A stretch of 64,000 nt of DNA from Cyclobacteriaceae bacterium (GTDB taxonomy: Bacteria > Bacteroidota > Bacteroidia > Cytophagales > Cyclobacteriaceae), in contig CBDETD010000002.1 in NCBI GenBank assembly GCA_965242805.1, forward strand, positions 413,156-477,155, given 5' to 3'. Of this stretch, positions 26,847 through 33,146 are shown one piece after another; position 1 is the first letter of the stretch; the number at the start of each line of letters is the position of its first letter. Position numbers and translations under genes: made by a program. Under the pieces are notes generated by a model. It was not told where the DNA came from. It saw only the letters and a list, made by a program, of their open reading frames with translations, and did no database searches.

Positions 26847-28078
26847 TATTCACCTTTTTGCATTGGAAACTTATAGCTTGGGAAATCAAATTCAGCAGCA
26901 TCAATATTGTGCAATTTAAAGGGAGCCATTGTCATGAGCGTTTCCAAATCCAGACTTCCAGTTGGTGCATCTCTGGTCAGGGAGACAAACTGATTTTCAT
27001 TTAGTAAATCAATTTGAAGAGAAGATCCTACAAACATGACGTCTTTACCCATTGGACCGTAAGGCATCACAGGATGTATATCCAGTTTACCGCCTCTTTC
27101 AAAGTCTTTATCAGTCACCACTTTAGCGTTGTTCAATCCTTGTAATGGGATAACTTTTGGCGATCTACCTTTATTTGTAACAAATAGCATTTCTTCTCCC
27201 ATCAGATTAAAGGCAACCATATCGAGCGGTTGTCCATTGCCCATATCGCCCAACGTTCTGGCTTTCACCTTCGCTCCGTCTTTCAATTCGGTTAGGGGAA
27301 TCAATACCAATGGACTGCACGTATAAGCTGCTACGATTTGATCTATACCATCGATATTTTTGATCTGCATGGAGCGAATAGGCGCACGGCTTTCATACTG
27401 GTCATGCACAATGTGAAACATTTCAATGTTGCTAATGCTCTCTTTTCCGGTAAAAGGAAAAGGCATTCTGCGTAGTACTGAGCTGAACTCTTCATTGCTC
27501 ACACCAGAAACAAACAATTCTCCATTGAAATATTCCATATCCATGATTGTGTAAAGACGCTGAGATCGTTGCGCTTTAGCAATATCCTTTGCCGTAGGAG
27601 GGGACGTCATAGCGCCTCTAGGTCTAAATTTCGAGCTGATATCGGGCACCTTACTCAGCATTTGGGAAGTAATCTTTGCACTGCTCAGATCTACCGTATT
27701 CAATGCATTCTCAGCATTAATTTTTATCAAAGCAGGCATTGCTTCCACGCCATGTCCTCTAGTGACTGAAAGATAAGCTTCGCCACTTACCGGGTGCACC
27801 GCCAGATCATTGATTTGAATATTCTGTGGAGCCGTACCTAGTATGGAGGCAATTTGTGCGTCGATATGATTTACATTGATTTCAAACTTTTCTTGTGTCC
27901 GACTTTCGGAGGTTAAATCAATGGCATGTATCGCTCCTGCAAGATTATCTCCAACAAACAATACGCCTTCATTGCTGAATTCCAGAGCTCCTAAGGATTT
28001 TACAGATTGTTGTGCTTTAACCGATAATACGGTAACGACTAAGATTAAAGAAAAAATGGTTGTTTCTAATTTTTTCAT
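26846..28078 (-). CDS. Conserved hypothetical secreted protein, paralog A of a tandem pair
   Basis: The 410-aa protein has a clear signal peptide (MKKLETTIFSLILVVTVLSVKAQQ). Its stop TAA overlaps the ATG of paralog B by 1 nt (TAATG). I do not recognise the family. Confidence 0.7.
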   Translation of the reverse strand: MKKLETTIFSLILVVTVLSVKAQQSVKSLGALEFSNEGVLFVGDNLAGAIHAIDLTSESRTQEKFEINVNHIDAQIASILGTAPQNIQINDLAVHPVSGEAYLSVTRGHGVEAMPALIKINAENALNTVDLSSAKITSQMLSKVPDISSKFRPRGAMTSPPTAKDIAKAQRSQRLYTIMDMEYFNGELFVSGVSNEEFSSVLRRMPFPFTGKESISNIEMFHIVHDQYESRAPIRSMQIKNIDGIDQIVAAYTCSPLVLIPLTELKDGAKVKARTLGDMGNGQPLDMVAFNLMGEEMLFVTNKGRSPKVIPLQGLNNAKVVTDKDFERGGKLDIHPVMPYGPMGKDVMFVGSSLQIDLLNENQFVSLTRDAPTGSLDLETLMTMAPFKLHNIDAAEFDFPSYKFPMQKGE

Positions 28079-28196
28079 TTGTATTAGGTTTAAAATCTAA
28101 TGTTTTGCTAGATACTGTTTATGTTACAATTAGTTACTAATATAGGTTACATTTAGTTACTTCAACCAATGAACCTTACATTTGCATCAAAAACTG

Positions 28197-28212
28197 GTTA
28201 CCACCTGGTAAC
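28197..28212. promoter_or_regulatory. Candidate HxlR operator (GTTACCA-cc-TGGTAAC), within a cluster of GTTAC repeats
   Basis: This is a perfect 7-bp inverted repeat 22 nt upstream of the HxlR gene start, in the divergent intergenic region. GTTAC or its complement occurs six times in 28121-28212, including a TAGTTACT direct repeat at 28131 and 28154. Confidence 0.4.
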
Positions 28213-28233
28213 TAATACCAACTGATTCTCGAT

Positions 28234-28554
28234 ATGGATATGACCAAATGCCCTTTGACGGCCGCTCTTAAATTGGTAGGTGGGAAATGGAAGCCAATCA
28301 TCATCCTAAACCTGCGAAAGTCTCCTAAGCGGTTTGGGCAGCTGGATTATCTAATCCCCAAAGTCTCGAGAAAGGTACTCGCTTCTCAACTGTCGGAACT
28401 TGAGCGAGACAATCTGGTAACGAGGATATCTTATGCTGAAATCCCACCCAGAGTAGAATATGAACTGACCGATAAAGCAAGGGAGCTCGTGCCGATATTT
28501 CGCGCCTTGGGAGACTGGGGTAGATTCCTGATTGATGATGCAAAAGTTGAATAA
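28234..28554 (+). CDS. HxlR-family winged-helix transcriptional regulator
   Basis: CPLTAALKLVGGKWKPIIILNL....RFGQL...IPKVSRKVLASQLSELERDNLVTR..YAEIPPRVEYELTDKAREL is the canonical HxlR signature. Confidence 0.85.
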   Translation: MDMTKCPLTAALKLVGGKWKPIIILNLRKSPKRFGQLDYLIPKVSRKVLASQLSELERDNLVTRISYAEIPPRVEYELTDKARELVPIFRALGDWGRFLIDDAKVE

Positions 28555-28661
28555 ATGTTCACCCGTAGCAGGATTTATAGTTCATGGCTCCATTCCTCAA
28601 CGTTAAAGCGAATATCTATAATTAGTTCCTACCGCGTTATGAACTGTGGTAAAATCCAAAC

Positions 28662-29630
28662 TCAAGAACACATTTCTACTTCATATTCATGATTGTAGTT
28701 TAATCCGGATTTCACCATTCCAAAGACCTGTCGGATCAGCTTATTAGCCACTGCCATAAGGGCTACTTTACCCGGTTTACCATTTGCTGTGAGACGATCA
28801 TATAAGTTCTTACACTGAGTATTATATCGAAATGCATTGAGTGTACACATGTACAGGATGGCCCTGGTGTAGCTGGAACCGATTCTTGAAATCCCCCTGT
28901 ATCCTCTGATTGTTTTTCCAGACTCGTTTATCGAAGGACATATCCCAACAAAAGCTGAGAACTGTTTGGGAGAATTGAAATTTCGAAACATTCCCGAAAC
29001 AATGATCAGTTCCAGAGCAGCCTTAGTACTGATCCCTGGGATGGTCTGAAGTTGTTTGAATAATTGTTCACAATGTTCATTCGCCAACTGTTCCATTTGC
29101 CGCTCAACCTTAATGATCTGGGCATTGATTTCTGTTATGATCTTGGTACAGGATTTGATGGTTTCACTGTCCGGATCCGGCAGGTGTTGCAATGCATGAA
29201 GTTGATTACTGAATACTGTCCTGGTTTTAAATAATTGCTTCAATAATGTCCTTTTCTGTTGCAGTTGATGGATAAATACAGGTGCAGGCCTGAACAGCTC
29301 TGGTCTCATTTTATCTCCATATTCGGCAATTAGCACAGCATCAACTTTATCCGTTTTAGCTCTTTTCAATTTGGTCTGAGCAAACCTTTTTATCTGGAGT
29401 GGATTGATGACTGAAACCTTGAATCTCTTTTCATGTAAAGCCATGGCTAATCGTACACTGTAGACACCAGTGGCCTCCATGATGCACCAGGCGTTTGAAG
29501 GCAGTTTTTTGATGAATTTCGTAATTCCTTTCGGAGTATTGGAAAAGGAAGTGATTAGGGGATCCTTAGACCTATGAGCTGAGACAAAATCGTCTTTAGC
29601 CACATCGATCCCGATGAAAGTGTGGTTCAT
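28662..29630 (-). CDS. IS110-family transposase/recombinase (DEDD RuvC-like N-domain plus C-terminal Tnp domain)
   Basis: The DEDD residues are FIGIDVAKDDF (D), CIMEATGVYS (E) and RAKTDKVDAVLIAEYG (D..D). The C-terminal region IPGISTKAALELI...FVGICPSINESGKT carries the conserved Ser-Gly. Confidence 0.9.
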   Translation of the reverse strand: MNHTFIGIDVAKDDFVSAHRSKDPLITSFSNTPKGITKFIKKLPSNAWCIMEATGVYSVRLAMALHEKRFKVSVINPLQIKRFAQTKLKRAKTDKVDAVLIAEYGDKMRPELFRPAPVFIHQLQQKRTLLKQLFKTRTVFSNQLHALQHLPDPDSETIKSCTKIITEINAQIIKVERQMEQLANEHCEQLFKQLQTIPGISTKAALELIIVSGMFRNFNSPKQFSAFVGICPSINESGKTIRGYRGISRIGSSYTRAILYMCTLNAFRYNTQCKNLYDRLTANGKPGKVALMAVANKLIRQVFGMVKSGLNYNHEYEVEMCS

Positions 29631-29866
29631 ATTGGTTAAATTTAGATTGAACAGAGATCGAAGAATTCAGCTTCTTTTGAATCTCACATCCTGAATGCAG
29701 GTTTAAGCCTAAGTGGCCCGACCTAATAGAACTGTACAGATTACAGAAGCAGGGAAAGGGGACCAGCATAACACTCGGTATCGCAACCCCTTGTTAAGTA
29801 TCGGTCTTATTCCTTTCCCTCTTTTTATCTTCAATTCAAAAGATAGCTTTTAATTCAGTTTTTCTT
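29631..29866 (-). ncRNA. Candidate IS110 bridge (seeker) RNA in the 5' non-coding end of the element
   Basis: IS110-group elements encode a structured guide RNA of about 150-250 nt upstream of the recombinase gene. This flank contains a perfect 9-bp stem (AGGGAAAGG 29751-29759 with CCTTTCCCT 29812-29820) around a 52-nt internal region. It also has two ATTCAG/CTGAAT stems (near 29664-29694 and 29852-29872) and a TAnnTTTG box at its 5' end. There is no covariation evidence. Confidence 0.35.
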
Positions 29867-29872
29867 CTGAAT

Positions 29873-29880
29873 CAAACATA
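29873..29880 (-). promoter_or_regulatory. Bacteroidetes-type -7 box TATGTTTG on the minus strand, about 240 nt upstream of the transposase ATG
   Basis: This is an exact TAnnTTTG match (plus strand caaacata). A start here would give a long structured leader covering the candidate bridge RNA. Confidence 0.3.
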
Positions 29881-29904
29881 GGATGTTAAGTAGAATGCTC
29901 ATCG

Positions 29905-29977
29905 TCTAGGCGGGTAGGCCTTGCAAAATACCGAGGGTGCGATGGGTTGTGTGTTGGGAGTGATTATTTTGCCTAGA
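29905..29977 (+). repeat. Hairpin module A carrying the GTGCGATGGG motif
   Basis: TCTAGGC...GCAAAATA (29905-29930) pairs with TATTTTGC-CTAGA (29965-29977). The pair encloses a G/T-rich loop containing GTGCGATGGGTTGTGTGTTGGGAG. Compare module B. Confidence 0.4.
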
Positions 29978-30366
29978 TTTTTTGTTTACTTTTTTATCAA
30001 TGAAAAAAGTAAAAGCCCAGCGGCTTGAGCGATAGAGCGAACACACATGAATGACAGCTGACCTGTGAGCTATTCTGATTCTGCAACAAGCGTCAAAGAG
30101 ATTCTCACGTCATCAACATCCGCTGGTTAGCGGATTACTGATTCCTCAGAATGACGCTTGAGGTTTGCTTGTGCTGTGAGCCAAACAAAGCGTTGGCCTG
30201 CAAGTGTATCACAGGCAAAATCCTAATCGCTGAGAATGGCGTATTTGAAAACCAACTGAATAATTACCCGAATAACGAAATCTTGAATGACAGGCTTTGC
30301 CTGGGATTCTCTTGTATTTGAGCTGGTGATCAGGCCAGAGCCTGAAAGAGCGTTGGGAAAACTATT

Positions 30367-30427
30367 AATAGCCGTTTGGTCAGGGCAAAGGTGTGCGATG
30401 GGATCGTGCGCTGGCCGAGCGGCTATT
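30367..30427 (+). repeat. Hairpin module B carrying the GTGCGATGGG motif
   Basis: AATAGCCG (30367-30374) pairs with CGGCTATT (30420-30427). The pair encloses a G-rich loop containing GTGCGATGGGATCGTGCGCTGG. The 10-mer GTGCGATGGG is shared with module A (29937-29946 and 30393-30402). Confidence 0.4.
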
Positions 30428-30830
30428 TAATATAACGTCTAATTATATAACAACCTTGCTAGAAGCACTGCACCAAAAAAATCATCAATCAGAAACGTGC
30501 ACGTCATAGTCCAGCTTTGCTGGTTAACATAATACTGAATTATATTTAACAAGCAGCGGTGGGTTGTGGGTGAATTTGCTGGGGCTGGCTTTCAGAATAA
30601 AACTTGATCAAAGCAAGACCGGAATTTGCTTTAACATAAAATCATTGCCGATATACAACTGCCTAGGCTCAGACCAACGCTGAGTTATATATCTGATTTT
30701 ATATTAACCATGCGCTGTTTGATGATTGATACAGCTGTGCGCCTGGATGCAAATTCCTGGTGTTTGTTATATAATTTATATTATGTTAAATAAGATATTT
30801 AAAGATATACCCTGCTGCTTGCAGGACGAA

Positions 30831-30861
30831 TAAAAAATCCTGATCGTTGCCAACCAGGATT
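30831..30861 (-). terminator. Rho-independent terminator of the SnoaL-like gene
   Basis: The minus strand reads AATCCTG-gttggcaacgat-CAGGATT followed by TTTTT. It begins 28 nt after the stop at 30889. Confidence 0.6.
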
Positions 30862-30888
30862 TCTTCTCCTGTAGACTCCTTTAACAAA

Positions 30889-31245
30889 TCAGTTTGTTGC
30901 GTAGTAGAATCTTTCGTGTACGATCTTGCCGTCTTTCCATCGCTGTACGCCAGTCTGTTCCATATTCAACCTGTTCCCATCTTTGAAGCTCACGTCCATT
31001 GTAGTCTCGTGCATCACTACCCCCGTTGCTTCGTCTGAAGTGATCGCCTTTACTTCCATCCCGTGTACTTCCTGGACGTTGTTCAGAAACTGCTCTTCGT
31101 ACTCACGGCAAGCTACTTTACCCTCACGGGTTCCCATCGGTTCGGTCATTACCACGTCATCAGCATAGTACTTTTCAAAAGCTTCCATCAATTGGCCCTG
31201 GCCGATCATGTTGTAAATGTCTTGTGTCTTTTCTTTTAAAGTCAT
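30889..31245 (-). CDS. SnoaL/NTF2-like small protein
   Basis: MTLKEKTQDIYNMIGQGQLMEAFEKYYADDVVMTEP...VQRWKDGKIVHERFYY is the typical SnoaL-like fold pattern. I chose the start at Met 31245. The track start at 31314 adds an unlikely Y/I-rich extension. Confidence 0.6.
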   Translation of the reverse strand: MTLKEKTQDIYNMIGQGQLMEAFEKYYADDVVMTEPMGTREGKVACREYEEQFLNNVQEVHGMEVKAITSDEATGVVMHETTMDVSFKDGNRLNMEQTGVQRWKDGKIVHERFYYATN

Positions 31246-31573
31246 TGTATTGTATGTTATGATATTATATGTAGGTACATATATATAACCGGGCATGATC
31301 GTTTTAAGTTTCATTATGTTTAAAAAATATTTAAATACTAATGGAGAACCTTCTACAGTATTCTGAAAGACTTACAATCATGGATTTGAATTCTTTGTTT
31401 TCCTTACCCTTCTGGATTTTCCGCTTATTAAATACCTAGCCTTCATAATATTATGTTAAACTGATTTTTCCAGGATCTACCATGTTTGTGCAAAAGCTTG
31501 ATTAATGAGTAAATTCATCTATCACTATTAATTCACATCAATACTGATCCTGCGTAAACCTAACCTTCCTGTC

Positions 31574-33028
31574 ATGAAGCTCAACAAGATCACCGTTATC
31601 TCCTTTGGCATACTGATCATAGCAGTCATTATCCTATCGATCAAGCTCTCCAGTCCTTTCGGTGATCTGTTCTGGGCCGGTGTCTACTTGTTTATCATCG
31701 GGCTGATCGGATCCTTGTATGAGATCAGTCTGCTGCTGTGGAAATGGAATGCCTTTGGAAAACTTATCTCACTATTCACTTTCTTTCTGACTGCTTTAGT
31801 GCTGATAATTAGCTTGTTAATAACCACTATTGACTACCGGACACTGACACCCTTTCAGACTGCCAGAACACTGCCATCAGATGAGTGGAATGACGACATT
31901 GATGAATTGCATAACAACCTTAAACGCCATCCCGGATATCATGCTAAGGCTGCTACAGTAGATTCCCTTATACGTAATTTTAAAAATGTCACTACGGAAT
32001 CTGATAAGGACGACAAACTATTGATGATCATTCAACTGCTGGGTACATTCAACGATGGCCATACCCTGGTGATACCGTTTCAGATCTTTAATAAAACCCG
32101 TTGTTTGCCGATCTATGGTTACTATTTTGAAGATGGTTTCTATATCCTTAAGTCTGCCAGTGAATATGAGGAACTCATCGGTAAAAAGATTCAAATAATC
32201 GGTAACACCCCTATAGATGAAGTATTTGAAGCAGTCATAAGCGCATATGGAGCCGAAAATGAATGGAATGCACGATATCGATTTCCGATTTATATGGTCA
32301 ATATAAACCTTCTTTCGTCTCTGGGAATCACAGATCCCGAAGGTCCAACCACGATCACCTACCAGGACAACGATCAATTAAAAACTATTGAAGTCTATTC
32401 GGAGCCATTTTTCAATTGGTTCTACTGGGGCACGAAACCAACTAACGATCGGTCCCCTACTCTTGTCGCAATGAGAAAAGCGAAATACAGGTTGCATTAT
32501 GGGGAAATACTGGAACTGGAGCTGAACCAGATCACAGATGGTTATGAAGAAAAGACGATCGAGAAGCTTGCCGTAGAGCTTGAAATTGCGCTCACCAACG
32601 AATTCCCTATGGCACTGGTCATTGACTTAAGAAACGCCAATGGCGGTGATAACACTCTATATCAGCCATTGATCAATGCAATTGTCAATTACCCCGCAAT
32701 CAATACTAAGGACAGACTATTTGTATTAACCAGCCGGGCAACGTTCTCTGCTGCAATCAATTTACTTGATGACATGAAGAATTCTACCAACAGCACGGTT
32801 ATTGGGGAACCACCTGGTGCCGGCGCTTCCCATTTTGGAGATGGTGAGTTTTTTATGCTTCCCAATTCCGGGATTTACGGCATGATTTCGACTAAACAAT
32901 GGAAATCTAAGAATCCAAATGATACATCCAATGTGATCACTCCTGATATTCCGGTAAAATTCACTTATCAGGATCACGCTTCTTCTATAGACCCCTGGAT
33001 GGCAGCTGTGGATTCTATTGTACATTAA
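31574..33028 (+). CDS. Membrane-anchored S41-family (tail-specific/tricorn-core-like) peptidase homolog
   Basis: The N-terminal 90 aa form 3 hydrophobic segments. The C-terminal part has VIDLRNANGGDN and LFVLTSRATFSAAINLL, resembling the S41 DLRxNxGG and TSxxTxSAAE motifs. Confidence 0.55.
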   Translation: MKLNKITVISFGILIIAVIILSIKLSSPFGDLFWAGVYLFIIGLIGSLYEISLLLWKWNAFGKLISLFTFFLTALVLIISLLITTIDYRTLTPFQTARTLPSDEWNDDIDELHNNLKRHPGYHAKAATVDSLIRNFKNVTTESDKDDKLLMIIQLLGTFNDGHTLVIPFQIFNKTRCLPIYGYYFEDGFYILKSASEYEELIGKKIQIIGNTPIDEVFEAVISAYGAENEWNARYRFPIYMVNINLLSSLGITDPEGPTTITYQDNDQLKTIEVYSEPFFNWFYWGTKPTNDRSPTLVAMRKAKYRLHYGEILELELNQITDGYEEKTIEKLAVELEIALTNEFPMALVIDLRNANGGDNTLYQPLINAIVNYPAINTKDRLFVLTSRATFSAAINLLDDMKNSTNSTVIGEPPGAGASHFGDGEFFMLPNSGIYGMISTKQWKSKNPNDTSNVITPDIPVKFTYQDHASSIDPWMAAVDSIVH

Positions 33029-33146
33029 TTTGTTGGTTCAGGTAGACACCGCAGAATAGCTCAATGCGATTATCAGCTAGAATCACCTCCAGGATTTTGT
33101 AATTCAGTCAAATACAATACTTCTTTGCGGTACGCATATACTCACT

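Larger units (their letters stand above)
28600..29885 (-). mobile_element. IS110-family insertion sequence (boundaries approximate)
   Basis: The element consists of the transposase gene plus non-coding flanks. IS110-family elements lack classical terminal inverted repeats, so the exact ends cannot be read from a single copy. Confidence 0.6.

Noticed and set aside
30151-30321. 56-aa Cys-rich ORF (MTLEVCLCCEPNKALACKCITGK...CLGFSCI) in the ORF-free region, considered as a possible RiPP/bacteriocin precursor
   Set aside because: It falls below the track threshold and has no nearby maturation, transport or immunity genes. TGT/TGC codons arise easily in this G/T-rich stretch, and the ORF start lies inside the 9-bp stem arm. 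I kept it only as a note. tBLASTn conservation would be needed to revive it.
30287-30430. 47-aa ORF (MTGFAWDSLVFELV...) spanning hairpin module B
   Set aside because: It is short, has no motifs, and overlaps strongly paired sequence. It is probably fortuitous.
29886-30830. Integron-cassette attC sites or a CRISPR array as an explanation for the hairpin-rich region
   Set aside because: There are no GTTRRRY/RYYYAAC core sites, no integrase or cas genes, and no regularly spaced identical repeats. The hairpins differ in sequence and spacing.
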